From NCBI GenBank assembly GCA_963845755.1, contig CAWJTV010000002.1:9394-73393 (forward strand): a stretch of DNA of 64,000 nucleotides. Reading direction: 5' to 3'. The position numbers and the translations under genes are program-made. Positions within the stretch are counted from its first letter, which is position 1. The number at the start of each line of letters is the position of its first letter. Of the stretch, positions 1 to 10,587 are shown piece after piece. This stretch comes from an uncultured Planctomycetota bacterium. GTDB taxonomy: Bacteria; Planctomycetota; Planctomycetia; Isosphaerales; Isosphaeraceae. Below the pieces are notes generated by a model that was given only the letters and a program-made list of their open reading frames with translations, searched no databases and was not told the DNA's origin.

Positions 1-188
1 AAAAGTGTCCGGAGGCCAGCCGCACGGAAACCGACTCGAAGCACGAGTAAGTCCAAGGCCTCCGCCCGCTGACCTGCAAGGCCGATTCGATCGCGGTCGT
101 ACGGATGGATAAAATCCCTCATGGGAGATATCAAACATCTCCCGACCGATTCTGGTCTCACAAGTTCGATTGCCGCATTGTCGGGTGA

Positions 189-1034
189 TTACGCCGATCG
201 GTGCTGGGGATCGAAGTGTTTGACGAGGGTGACCTCGTTACCGCGCTGATTGTACCGGAAGTCGTCAACCAGTCCACGGGCGAGCATGATCCCAAATCCG
301 CCCTCGCGGAGCCCGAGCTCGTTGCGGATCTCCAGATGCCGGATGGGATCTTCATCCGAAGCGGCGTGCGGGAGGTCACGGGGATCGAAACCAGGGCCCT
401 GGTCCTGAATGATGAGCGTCACTGACGCCGGGTCGATCCGGTAAGTGATCCGCAGGACCAGCTCGGCGTTCTTCCGATGGCCCCATTCGATGGCGTTGCC
501 CCCCATCTCCATTACAGCCTGCTTCAGGTCCTTGATGTGGCGTTCGGTCAAGGGGGTATGGGCGAAGAGATCCGCTAACAGGTCGCTGGCTTGGGCCAGG
601 TAGGTCAGCTCGCTTCGGATATCGAAATTGATCTCGCCGGTCGTCCCCTTCTGTAGGTGCTCGTCATGCCACGCGAGCACATCATCCATGATCTGATAGA
701 GTTGCGCCGGTGTGAATGGTTTGATCAGGTAGCCATTGGCTCCGACCCGCACGCCGGCCGCTCGTTCCTTGGTGTCGTGGTGTGCGGTGACCATCACGAT
801 GGGGATGAGGTTCGTCTTGCGATCGCGCTTCAGCCGATCGCACAGCTCAAACCCGTTAATGTCGGGCAGGGCCAGGTCGATGAGGATCAGGTCGGGCTGG
901 CGCCGGCTCACCTCGACGAGGGCCTCGTCTCCCGAGTAAACCTGGACCGGTTCGAAACCACGAGGCCGAACGAGAGTAGCCAGGAGATCATTTGTGTCGC
1001 GCTCATTGTGAACGACCAAAACAGTGCGCGGCAT
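189..1034 (-). CDS. Response-regulator receiver fused to RsbW-like HATPase (anti-sigma/switch kinase) domain
   Basis: Receiver motifs (PDLILIDLALPDINGFEL, MVTAH, YLIKPF) followed by EMGGNAIEWG, DQGPGFD, GGFGIML. Start moved to MPRTVLVV at 1034. Confidence 0.85.
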   Translation of the reverse strand: MPRTVLVVHNERDTNDLLATLVRPRGFEPVQVYSGDEALVEVSRRQPDLILIDLALPDINGFELCDRLKRDRKTNLIPIVMVTAHHDTKERAAGVRVGANGYLIKPFTPAQLYQIMDDVLAWHDEHLQKGTTGEINFDIRSELTYLAQASDLLADLFAHTPLTERHIKDLKQAVMEMGGNAIEWGHRKNAELVLRITYRIDPASVTLIIQDQGPGFDPRDLPHAASDEDPIRHLEIRNELGLREGGFGIMLARGLVDDFRYNQRGNEVTLVKHFDPQHRSA

Positions 1035-1362
1035 GGCAAGACCCGTAGAGCCTACGATAGTACGACCGCTCCCTGTGGCGGAGTCGGTCCAGGATTGGCT
1101 AGATTCATTCTCTCGCGCCGAACCCTGCGTGGCAAGGCTTTGCACCGACGGGACGTTCTGAACGATCGGATCGGCCCTTCTGGGGAGTGTGGGAGTAGCC
1201 CAGGAAGTCGAGATGCGCCTCCCTCTTGCGAGAGCCCCGGCCCCGACGGCACAATTGAGGAATGAGGTTGCATGTCCGACTGTGACTTTCTCCGCTTCCC
1301 CACCGCACCGCCGGCGCACTCGAACGACCGTCAACGGACGTCGCTTGTTGGAACGTAAACCC

Positions 1363-1995
1363 ATGAACGTCACGCAGATCATCGACGCTTTCGGTTACGT
1401 GATTTATGGGGCACTGGCCGTCCTGGCCGTCTGGGGCACCTATAATGGAATCTTACTTTATCGCAGCCTTGCCAAGAAATCGCTGCGCAACCCTTCGGAG
1501 TTGATCGACCAGGTCCGCGAGTTAGGCCGTGCACGCCAGTGGGACAAGGCGGTCAACCTCTGTCAAACCCCTCAGTACTGGCACTCGGCGCTGGCGAAAC
1601 TCATCGCGGTGGCGATCAAGAACCGCGAAAAGGGGCTGGCCAAGATCAGGCAACTGGTGGTCACGGAGTTCCACAGCGAGGTCGTCGCGGGTATGGAGAA
1701 TCGACTGGGTTCGGTCTCGACGATCGTACGGATGGGGCCGCTCCTGGGTCTTCTGGGCACGGTGGCAAGCATGATTCGCGCGTTCGGCCGCATCGGCGGC
1801 TCCGAAAAGGTGAATCCGCAGGCCCTGGCTCAGGACATCAGCCTGGCGTTGTGGGCGACCGGCGCGGGACTGTTGATCGCCAACCCCATGATGCTGATAG
1901 GAAACGACGTCCATGCCCGGCTCAGGCGGCTCCGCGATCGCACGGAGCGACAACTCCAGGACGTCCTCGAAATTCTCGAGAAAGACCACGCGTAA
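1363..1995 (+). CDS. exbB: MotA/TolQ/ExbB proton channel protein
   Basis: GPLLGLLGTVASMIRAF and ISLALWATGAGL motifs, N-terminal TM helix; ATG at 1363. Confidence 0.85.
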   Translation: MNVTQIIDAFGYVIYGALAVLAVWGTYNGILLYRSLAKKSLRNPSELIDQVRELGRARQWDKAVNLCQTPQYWHSALAKLIAVAIKNREKGLAKIRQLVVTEFHSEVVAGMENRLGSVSTIVRMGPLLGLLGTVASMIRAFGRIGGSEKVNPQALAQDISLALWATGAGLLIANPMMLIGNDVHARLRRLRDRTERQLQDVLEILEKDHA

Positions 1996-2061
1996 TCGAT
2001 ATCCCGGCCACCGAGAATCCAATCGTCCGGATCTGAGAAACCGACGAGGGAACCTGCCGCC

Positions 2062-2485
2062 ATGCTACTCCGCCGCGACATCGATGAGGAACGGAACGAG
2101 CACATCGACATGACGCCGATGGTCAACGTGGTTTTCCAGCTCATGACCTTCATGCTCTTTTCCATCCAAATGAGCGGGGGCGAGAAAGTCAACGTGCCCC
2201 CGGCTCGGCACGGGGTCGGTGTGGAGGAATCGTCGGCGACATTCCTGACTCTGACCAAACCCCCGACCGCTGGGGGTGAGTCGCGATTGTTGCTGGGTCA
2301 TGGAGAAGGGTCGCCGGCCACGCTGGAACAGGCGCGGCAGGCGGTCGTGAACGGCGCCAAAGCGGGTCGGCGCAAGGTGATCCTCCAGGCCGATGGAGAC
2401 GTCCCGCATGGCGACGTCCTCAAGGTCGCCGCCGCCGTCGCCCAGGTCGAGGGGATTACGGTCCATGTCGGCGTCCAGGAACTGA
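2062..2485 (+). CDS. exbD: ExbD/TolR biopolymer transport protein (3' end uncertain, probable indel before TGA 2483-2485)
   Basis: IDMTPMVNVVFQLMTFML TM motif and VILQADGDVPHGDV; the computed ORF runs on into the next gene. Confidence 0.75.
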
Positions 2486-2518
2486 CTGGCACTCCATGGC
2501 GCGGCGCAGGGATCTCTC

Positions 2519-3889
2519 GTGAATTGGGACATCTTCCATGCGGACAGCCTGGAGTTGGAGCGCGGGCTGAGCACGGCCGCCGTCCGCCTGGCCCTGGCCA
2601 GCGGGTCGATGTGCGAGGACGACCTTGTCCGGCCCGCGGGCACGACGGCGGCCTGGGCGCGCCTTGCCGATATCCCCGAGCTATCTAATCCCGGGAACGG
2701 ACCTGACACATCATCCCCATTACCGTCCTCGACGGCGGCCCCGGCCCCCCCCGGCGCCGAGCCAGCACCAAGGCCGTTGGCGAATCCGGTGCGCACGCCG
2801 CCGGCCGCGGTACCGCCGCAGCGCGACGAGCACAGCGACTTCGAGATCGAGGCCGATGATGACGGCGCTCCATCTCACACCGCCCCGTCCCCCGCGACCC
2901 CGCCACCTGCCTGGCTCCAGCTTGGCGGCGAACCCGAGGACGTGGCCTTTCCCGTCTTGCCCGATCGACCAGCCGCGGCACGGCCCATCGAGCCGAGCCA
3001 GCCAGTGGCCGAGTCGACCGCGGCCTCAGCGTGGACCTGGGCCGAAGTGGAGGACGAAGACGAGGACGAAGAGGCGGGCGAGTCTTATGCCGAATTCGAC
3101 GAGCAGATCGAGATCCTCGACGACGACGGACCAGCCGGCCTGGAGATCCTGGACGAGGACCAACTCACGGTTCCGAGTCCGTATTCCCGGGAGTCGTTCG
3201 CCGAGACGAGCGGTAGTCGGGTGGCTCTGCCGGTGGTCGCCTCCCGCGATTGGAACGAGGATCGGCAACCGGTCGAGGGCGGGGAAGAGGAGGGCGACTT
3301 CACGCTGACTCGCAGCGGCCCCATGACCGTCGAAGAACTCGATTTGGCCCCGATGGTCGATGTCGCCTTTCAGCTTGTCCTGTTCTTCATGGTGACTGCG
3401 ACGACTGTGCTCTTCAAGACGCTCGAGATCCCCAAGCCCAATTCGGACCCGCCTCCGGGCGCCGTCGCCCAGGGGACCTCGCGCGCGCTCGACGATTTCA
3501 AGGATGCTTACGTCATTGTCGAAATCGACGCCTCCGGTGCGATGAAAATCGATCAGGAGCCGGTCCAGGCGGAATTGAGTGTGCTGGTCGAACGGCTCCG
3601 GACCGCCCGGGAGAAGACGAACCGAAAGACGATGCTGCTCTCGGCCGAATTCGCCACCCCGCACCGCCATGCCGTGCTGGCCTATGATGCAGCCAACGAG
3701 ATAGGCATGGGCATCGCGATTGCGAAACCGACGGGGCCTCAGGCGGCCGGCCCCGGACTATTGACCGGTTCCGGGCGGCCGGGTCTGGCCCCGGTCGCCC
3801 CGACTGCCGCCTCACCGACACCCCGCGCGGCGCCAGATCCGGCCCCGGCTCCCAGCGAACCCGCGCCGAGATCCACGCCCTTTGACTGA
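2519..3889 (+). CDS. ExbD-family protein with N-terminal GYF_2-like domain and long Pro/acidic linker
   Basis: C-terminal LDLAPMVDVAFQLVLFFMV ExbD motif; N-terminal DDLVRPAGTTAAW..LADIPEL resembles GYF_2/DUF4339. Confidence 0.75.
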   Translation: MNWDIFHADSLELERGLSTAAVRLALASGSMCEDDLVRPAGTTAAWARLADIPELSNPGNGPDTSSPLPSSTAAPAPPGAEPAPRPLANPVRTPPAAVPPQRDEHSDFEIEADDDGAPSHTAPSPATPPPAWLQLGGEPEDVAFPVLPDRPAAARPIEPSQPVAESTAASAWTWAEVEDEDEDEEAGESYAEFDEQIEILDDDGPAGLEILDEDQLTVPSPYSRESFAETSGSRVALPVVASRDWNEDRQPVEGGEEEGDFTLTRSGPMTVEELDLAPMVDVAFQLVLFFMVTATTVLFKTLEIPKPNSDPPPGAVAQGTSRALDDFKDAYVIVEIDASGAMKIDQEPVQAELSVLVERLRTAREKTNRKTMLLSAEFATPHRHAVLAYDAANEIGMGIAIAKPTGPQAAGPGLLTGSGRPGLAPVAPTAASPTPRAAPDPAPAPSEPAPRSTPFD

Positions 3890-3993
3890 AATCCAACCCG
3901 ATCGGACCGCTCATTGTAGTTTTCGACAACCATCCCCTCGCTCGGCGCTTCGCTCTCCTCAGAAGCAAGAATCCACGCCTTGCACGCGGCGTG

Positions 3994-4022
3994 TTGCCCG
4001 AGCGAGCCAGGGCTGTTAGAAT
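3994..4022 (+). promoter_or_regulatory. Putative sigma70 promoter of the original tRNA-Gly locus
   Basis: TTGCCC-N17-TAGAAT about 70 bp upstream of the tRNA 5' fragment. Confidence 0.55.
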
Positions 4023-4089
4023 GTGCTCGGCCCTGATGAAGGCCGCATGTGCATCGCGACTCTTCACCAGGCAGGTTGCTTGATCCGCC

Positions 4090-4126
<37 letters not shown>

Positions 4127-4269
4127 TCGAGAAGCTGGCTATTTTGATGCGCTCGACAGGATTGGACAAGTCTGGACAAATCACGTCACAGCAACGGTTT
4201 ACAGCGATCCTCTCTGAAAGTCCACCTGGACAGGCTTAGCCCCATTTCGTCATCCTGAGCCAGAATCTT

Positions 4270-4335
4270 TGGCAACCATAGTGGCAACCAAAATCCGGTT
4301 GCCACACGCGGCGGTCGGATGGGTGTGGCAACCAA
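4270..4335. repeat. TGGCAACC(A) repeat cluster, arm-type-site-like (left end)
   Basis: Direct copies at 4270, 4282 and 4326; inverted copy at 4297-4304. Confidence 0.75.
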
Positions 4336-4543
4336 AACCCCATCCCGCATGCTTCAGAGCGTAGTATTTACATTTATCGATTTTTGCGCTACGCTCGCCT
4401 CGCTTATCGGTGAGTGAGGTTATTATGTCTGGATTTCATCGCGGCGCAAGCCCTTCCATTCGGTATACCCCTGGACCGTGGTCCCGCGGTGGCCGGACGG
4501 CAAGTACCACGCCATCCGCGTCAATGACTGGGAGCGAATCGGA

Positions 4544-5083
4544 CTAGTCTTCGACCCGGGCGTTTGGGTGGCGATTCAAGAACATCCGATCGGCGAGGCG
4601 TCTGGCCTCGGCGACCATTTCGGATTCCGCCTCTCCGGGCCCCGGTTGCAGAAGGACGGTGACGATGCCATGTTTTTCGTCATGCTGGGCCTCGCCCTCC
4701 CAACGGCCGGCGGAGTAGGCGACGGCACCCTTCGCCTTCACCCCGTGGTACACACGTCCCCGCGTGAGAGTCGGCCGCCACACCGATGTCTCACCTCGGC
4801 GATCGTAGGTGACGGAGTATTCGACGCGCGTGCCCGGCTCCTTCTCGTTCTCACCGGCCTGCGAAGGTTCCTCCAAGTCGTCTTCCGGCACCTCGAACAT
4901 TGTCGGCTCGTCCTGGCCGATCACGGGCTGGACGAGGTAGATCCGCCGGCCGTGCGCTGCTAGGGGGCCGCGGTCCTCGATCACCTTGCCGGAGACCCGG
5001 CGCGGCCCGTAGAGGAAGGAGACCGGGTCGCCCACTCGGAAACGCGGCTTCTTTTTCTTTTTCTTTTTCTTTTTGTCACTCAT
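4544..5083 (-). CDS. Hypothetical protein, Lys-rich N-terminus with SH3/KOW-like segment
   Basis: 179-aa ORF starting 10 bp after the HEPN gene stop; FRVGDPVSF...GKVIE pattern. Confidence 0.6.
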   Translation of the reverse strand: MSDKKKKKKKKKPRFRVGDPVSFLYGPRRVSGKVIEDRGPLAAHGRRIYLVQPVIGQDEPTMFEVPEDDLEEPSQAGENEKEPGTRVEYSVTYDRRGETSVWRPTLTRGRVYHGVKAKGAVAYSAGRWEGEAQHDEKHGIVTVLLQPGPGEAESEMVAEARRLADRMFLNRHPNARVED

Positions 5084-5093
5084 AAGCTAGCCC

Positions 5094-5681
5094 TCATGTG
5101 GGCCACGGCGGGCCCCCGATTAGGCTTCCCAGGTATGTCCGCATCACGCGATCGAACGTGCGTGCCAGGCGGTTGCACAGTCTCCGCCATCGGCGTACCT
5201 CGTTTAGCGTGAGGTTGGGTGGCGCTCCCGGGCTCACCGTCGTGAAATTCTGGTGGGCGATCGCGTTCCGCCAATCGTTGAGAATTCCCAGTTCCTTCAT
5301 GGCCGCCTTGTTGTCCGCGAGAAGGCTATTGGCCTCGTCCCAGAACGCAACGCCAAACCAACCGAAGTCGGAACCGAGGCTGCCGGCCTGGGCATTCCTG
5401 CTCTCCAACTGGCGGCCCTCGACGAACCGATTGCGAACGATCTGCGTCACGAGGGCGGGCGGATTGAGATAATCGATGAGGATTGTGACGCTCTCCGTGT
5501 GGAGGTCCCGGCAGAATCCCTGGAACTGAGAGGCGACCATCACGGCATACGCCTGGTTGACCTGTTGGGTCGCGTAGCGCCTGCCCGGCCCCGTCCCGCC
5601 GATGGATGCGTGAGCGTTTGCCATCTCGTCCAAGGCTCGGGCACGGGTTGTCCGCCAGACGCGCAGGGAGTTCGACGGCAT
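5094..5681 (-). CDS. HEPN-domain protein (putative RNase)
   Basis: R-x4-H motif WRNAIAH plus upstream SQFQGFCRDL helix; 195 aa. Confidence 0.7.
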   Translation of the reverse strand: MPSNSLRVWRTTRARALDEMANAHASIGGTGPGRRYATQQVNQAYAVMVASQFQGFCRDLHTESVTILIDYLNPPALVTQIVRNRFVEGRQLESRNAQAGSLGSDFGWFGVAFWDEANSLLADNKAAMKELGILNDWRNAIAHQNFTTVSPGAPPNLTLNEVRRWRRLCNRLARTFDRVMRTYLGSLIGGPPWPT

Positions 5682-5989
5682 GTAACGTCCTCAGACCAAT
5701 CGCACCGCGCACAGCCATTTTTCTAGTCTACCAGGCAACCACTCGCATCGGTAGATTCGCGGTGCCGTCGCCTTGTTCTCCGTATACCGTCAGCGCTAGC
5801 CGTCATACCTACGATGATGGGGCGTTGAATTTCCGGTCGAACCCAGCCAAACCGAAAGGAGACCTCCGTCTCCGAACCTCAAGACTTACGTGTGACGGAC
5901 CACCAGCGCAATTAAGAACGCCGGCGCTTGGCCGGGGTGGTCGATCACTCGTTGGAACCTCATCCTTATCAGAACATTCTCAGGACACA

Positions 5990-6862
5990 TCATATCGGCA
6001 TCTGGCCGCGCTGAATGGCAAACCCGTTGAACCGGTCAAGTGGATCGATACCCCAGCCGTTCAGAAACGTCGTCAGATGCGCCGCCGTCACAACGAACAC
6101 CGTGCGTTCACGAGCCCGGTTGGCCGCTCTGAGGTCTCGGAACCGGCTCTCTGGCATCGCCGTGGCCAAGCTCTTGCGAAAGCGGACAAAAGGGACGGTC
6201 TCGGTGACCGCATTGGCGGCGGCGAGCGTTCCGTCCTCAACTCGAATCGCCGCCGGATCGAAACGGCAGATTGTCAGCGCCGCATTCGTCACGACCACCG
6301 GCACGATGAACAGTCGCAGGTGCTGGGCGTATCCCTGGCTCATGACATTCACTTCCTCGTTACCCAGGCCCTCCACCGACTGTAGGCACTCTACCGCAAG
6401 CGATTCCAGAATCGGCGTGCGCCGCGGCTCATCGCTCGGCATCACGCAGAACTCGGACTGGTAGGACGCAGGGGAGATGCGCACGTCCTCCCAGACGCGC
6501 ACATCGTGCCATTCCGGAGGAGACTTCGTGCGATCGCCGTTTCCCTCAATCTCCAGGCACGAGCAGACGTCGGTTTGTGTCGGAGCGTGTCCCGGCAGGA
6601 GGAAGAGCCAATTCAATTGTCGGGCGTCGTCCGCTCTGATCCGCTTGCATTCCACCACCAAGCGGCATGTTGTGAGATGGTGGTGCGTCAAGACCAAGTC
6701 GATGAATCCGGATGCTCCGTCCGGGATGGCCCAGGGCTGTTCGCGGCTCGCAACCGTCCATCCATGCTCTTGGACCGTAGCGTTGACCTCCTGCTCAACG
6801 CGGAGCTGGAATCCATAACCTGACCGGTTGAACTGCTTCAGGATCTCGTCATGCGTGGGCAT
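5990..6862 (-). CDS. PD-(D/E)XK restriction-endonuclease-like protein
   Basis: SGYGFQLRV ... FIDLVL ... LVVECKR catalytic pattern. Confidence 0.65.
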   Translation of the reverse strand: MPTHDEILKQFNRSGYGFQLRVEQEVNATVQEHGWTVASREQPWAIPDGASGFIDLVLTHHHLTTCRLVVECKRIRADDARQLNWLFLLPGHAPTQTDVCSCLEIEGNGDRTKSPPEWHDVRVWEDVRISPASYQSEFCVMPSDEPRRTPILESLAVECLQSVEGLGNEEVNVMSQGYAQHLRLFIVPVVVTNAALTICRFDPAAIRVEDGTLAAANAVTETVPFVRFRKSLATAMPESRFRDLRAANRARERTVFVVTAAHLTTFLNGWGIDPLDRFNGFAIQRGQMPI

Positions 6863-7002
6863 AGGCGGTTTCTCGCAACCGGTGGACTTGAACTGTGAAC
6901 AAAATCATAGCATATCAACCGGCTCGATGCCCGATCAACACGGACGTACACTATACCTGATCGTTATTCGTAGAAGGAAGTTGTCGGTCCTATTCTCGCC
7001 CT

Positions 7003-8741
7003 GGGTGGAAGACGCGGTTCGTTTTTCTGACGAGTTACGCGGCTTCCCCAGTCTTCCTGGCTTTGTAGCTGCGGAACGGGCTGCTGGGCCGCTCCTTGAG
7101 GTGGCGGTCCAGGCGGCCATCTTCGGAAAGGAAGGCCGCACGGAGTTGGAGGATCGCTTCGGCACCGGCCTCGCTCCAGAACTTCTCCGACCCCTTCACC
7201 CGGCGGTTGAATATCTTCACCGTCGACTCCACGTGGCTGGTCGTCCACGGGAGGCCCTCGCGACGATAGCGCGGATAGTCCATCCGCTCCCGGTTGTCTT
7301 CCAGGTAGCCCAGCACCCGCGCGACGATCCTCCGGGGGTCGTCGTCGGCTAGCCTTTCCAGCGGGCACCCGCACAAGGCGATCTGGGTATCACACCAGGT
7401 GCGAAGCTCCGCGATCACCCGATCGACCCGCCCGTTCCAGCAGGCCTCCGCCCAGGCCTGGAATGACTCCCAGCGGCCCTCGGTGTCGGCGACCATGACC
7501 CGGGCCGCCGTGAAGAGGTGGGCCAGGGCGTGGAGGAAGTTGACGATCGCCACGAAGGTCGGGAAAGAGCGGCGGTGCAGCCCCCAGATCCAGGCCGAGC
7601 CGTCCCCCAAGAACGCCCGGGCGGCGGCCGCGGCGAAGTTCCGCCGTCGGGCCTCGGCGGCGACCATCGGCCCGAAGCGATCGACCGGGGCGGTCGTGGC
7701 CACGTAGGTGCGCACCGATAGCTCCGGCGTACCGCGCGGCTCGGCGGCCTCGGCGACGGCCGGGATCGGCAGCACGGCGGGCTCCTGGATCTCGGGGGCC
7801 GGCGGGCCCATCGGTCCGGTCCCGCCGATGGCCCCGATGACCTTCTCGACGTAGGCCCGATCGCGGAAACAGGCGGGCAATTCCGGCTCGGGGTCGCACT
7901 CGGAGACGACAGGGGCCATCGTCGCCAGGATCGCGATCTTGTCCTCGTGCCAGGCGGCCTGGTGGGCTCCCGGCCCCTGGCCCGCGCCGCGGATCTGGAG
8001 CCGGCCGCCATCGACCTCGACGACCGCCAGGGCTGGCCGTGTCGCGACGCGCGGCTCGAGCGTGCCGGCCTGGAAGCGGTCCACCGGCTCATCCCGCTGG
8101 GACCGCAACTGCTCGCCGAGTTCGCGGGCGATGCGGTCGAGTTGCCGGCCGCTGATGTCCACCTCGGCCAATTCGGCGACGGCCTCGGCTGCCTCGCGGA
8201 AGGAGGGCTCGCGGGTGGCGGAACGGACGATCTTGCGGACTACCGAGGGGCTGTAGTCATGGGACGTCAGCCGTGCGCCGGGCGCGAGGGAAAAAAATCC
8301 CGGCGGCAGGCCGGGCAGTGGCACTGGGGCTCGGCGTAGGTGACCGCGCCGCCCCAGAAGTCGATGGCCCGCGGCTCGCGCTGTACGGCGCAAGGCCGCT
8401 GACACGTCGGGCAGGGTTGCTCGGGCCCCAGCAGCGCGGCCTTCCGCTCCAGCAGATCGGCGATGGTGCCCCGAGCGACGGCGCGGGCGGCGGTGATGGC
8501 CATCTGCTCGATGTCGTCGGCGTCGAGATCCAACTCGGGCCCGACCTCATCGTGGACTGCGCCGGGCCACGACTTTCCCCCACCCTTCGGCGAGCCGCTC
8601 GACGCCGTCTCGATCCATCGATGGTGACTTCTGGAAAGGCATCGGAGGTCCCTCCTTGGACTTCGGGTGATAGACAATCTGGGAAACTCACCTTGACAGC
8701 TTACCAGGGATCGAACGCCGCGCGAACCGCGTCTTCCACCC
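7003..8741 (-). mobile_element. Complete ISKra4-like insertion sequence (1739 bp)
   Basis: 19-bp perfect TIR GGGTGGAAGACGCGGTTCG (7003-7021 / 8723-8741); 9-bp TSD TCTCGCCCT (6994-7002 / 8742-8750). Confidence 0.92.
7035..8642 (-). CDS. ISKra4-family DDE transposase (split over frames; T7 slippery run at 8291-8297)
   Basis: CPTC..CPACRRDFFP, EVDGG, LGDGSAWIW, TSHVESTVK..RVKG motifs; AAGGAGG RBS before ATG at 8642. Confidence 0.85.
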
Positions 8742-8768
8742 TCTCGCCCTGATCCCGCCGCTCCCCTC

Positions 8769-8797
8769 TTGGCCGGTAGGATGCCAGCCGTTAGAAT
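8769..8797 (+). promoter_or_regulatory. Putative island-supplied sigma70 promoter for the intact tRNA-Gly
   Basis: TTGGCC-N17-TAGAAT, same -10 and spacing as 3994-4022. Confidence 0.55.
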
Positions 8798-8817
8798 CGA
8801 TTTGAGCTCGAAAGACG

Positions 8818-8840
8818 GTGGCAACAGGTGTGGCAACCAA
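8818..8840 (+). repeat. GTGGCAAC repeats, arm-type-site-like (right end)
   Basis: GTGGCAACA plus GGTGTGGCAACCAA; the latter is identical to 4322-4335. Confidence 0.75.
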
Positions 8841-8892
8841 GCCGAGAAAAGCATCTGTGCATTTGACGTAAGTCCTTACAGATTAAGCACTT

Positions 8893-8964
<72 letters not shown>

Positions 8965-9084
8965 CTCGACATAACTCCTGCCGAAACCTCAACTTGAGGT
9001 TACCTATCCCGGTCGGATAGTGCGGCGCCAGACCCGCCGGAATGCAGAATAGTTCTGCATTCCCCAGCGACATGAGGTATTGGC

Positions 9085-10379
9085 GTGGCACGCACCCGTC
9101 GGGGAACTCCCCCCTCCTACCGCCGTCACTCTTCCGGTCAGGCCTGCGTCACCGTCCGCGATGGCCAGCGGACGACGCCGCGAGATCCTGCTTGGTAAGT
9201 GGGATTCGCCCGAGTCGAAGGCCGAGTACGCACGGATCATCGACGAACTGGCCGCCCACCAGGGCCGGCTCATGGAACAACAGAAGGACCGGGCCGCCTC
9301 CAGCGACCTCACGGTCAATGCCCTGGTCCTTGCCTTCTGGAAGCACGCCGAGCAGCATTACGGCCAGCCCAGGGAGAAGTCCGCCACGAGCGAGCTGCTC
9401 AACCTGCGCCACGCCTTACATCCACTCAGGGCGCTGTATGGCCACCTCCGGGCCTCCGAGTTTGGCCCGGTCGCCCTCCGGGCCGATCCGCGAGAAGATG
9501 ATCGAGGCCGGCCTGAGCCGGACGACCATCAACGCTCGGATCAACCGGATCCGCCGGGTTTTTCGGTGGGCGGTCTCGGTCGAGCTGATCTCGGCGCCGG
9601 TCCTCCAGGCCCTGGAGACGGTTCCCGGGCTCCAGCGTGGCCGGTCGAATGCGAAGGAAACCGGCAGGGGTCAAGCCGGTCCCGATCGATCGCGTCGAGG
9701 CGACATTGCCCCACCTCAATCCCGTCGTCGCCGCCATGGTCCGGGTCCAGCTCCTGACCGGCTGCCGGGCCGAGGAAGTCATGATCATGCGTGGCTGCGA
9801 CCTGACGCCGGGCGAGCCGAACTGGGAGTATCGCCCGGCCTGGCACAAGACCGCCTGGCGGGGCAAGGACCGCGTCATCATCGTGGGGCCGAAGGCCCAG
9901 GAGATCCTCAGGCCATTCCTCAAGGCCGATCCGCAGGCGTACCTCTTCGACCCGCGCGACGTGGTCGAGGCCCACCATGCGGAGCGGGCCCGGAACGCGG
10001 AAGTCGAAGCCCACGCCCTCGGAGGTCGCCAGGCGGTCCAAGGACCGACCGGGGCAGGGTCACGCCGATCACTACGACCGGCGGACCTACCGCCAGGCCG
10101 TCATCCGGGCCTGCAATCGGGCCTTCCCCCACCCTCAACTGTCGAAGATCAAGCCGAAGAAGCTGACGGCCGATCAGCGGCTCGACCTCAAGGAATGGCG
10201 GCGGAAGCAGCGGTGGTCGCCCTTGCAGCTCCGGCATACGGCCGCGACGACGATCCGGTCACGGTTTGGCCTGGAGGCGTCGCAGGTCGTCCTGGGCCAC
10301 GCAAAGGCCGACGTGACGCAGATCTACGCGGAGACGGGACCTGGCCAAGGCACATGCAGTCATGGCCGAGATCGGTTGA
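9085..10379 (+). CDS. int: Tyrosine recombinase/integrase (several apparent indels)
   Basis: Joined frames give PSYRRHSSGQA N-terminus, TGCRAEE, LQLRHT, VLGH, TQIYAE catalytic residues. Confidence 0.88.
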
Positions 10380-10587
10380 GTTGCCTGCGACATCGGAGAT
10401 CTGGCTCAATGCAATCTGGCGGTCGGAGCACACGGTTCCGGATCACCTTGGACGAGGAAAAATCGACTGCCACGCGATTCGTAGCATTGCGACGCAGATT
10501 GTAGCACCCCTTATTCGGAGGACGCGCGGTGTCGTCCTCTGCACGACGCGCTAAGGCGTCGTGAAGTCCCAGGATCGATGAAGGGGG

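Larger units (their letters stand above)
4127..8892. mobile_element. Integrase-less mini genomic island in tRNA-Gly
   Basis: Bounded by the 37-bp tRNA 5'-half repeats, with TGGCAACCA repeats near both ends and accessory cargo. Confidence 0.75.

Noticed and set aside
5048..5074. Poly-Lys AAG/AAA tract as a phase-variation switch or terminator
   Set aside because: In frame, short, and its length is unreliable in an indel-prone assembly.
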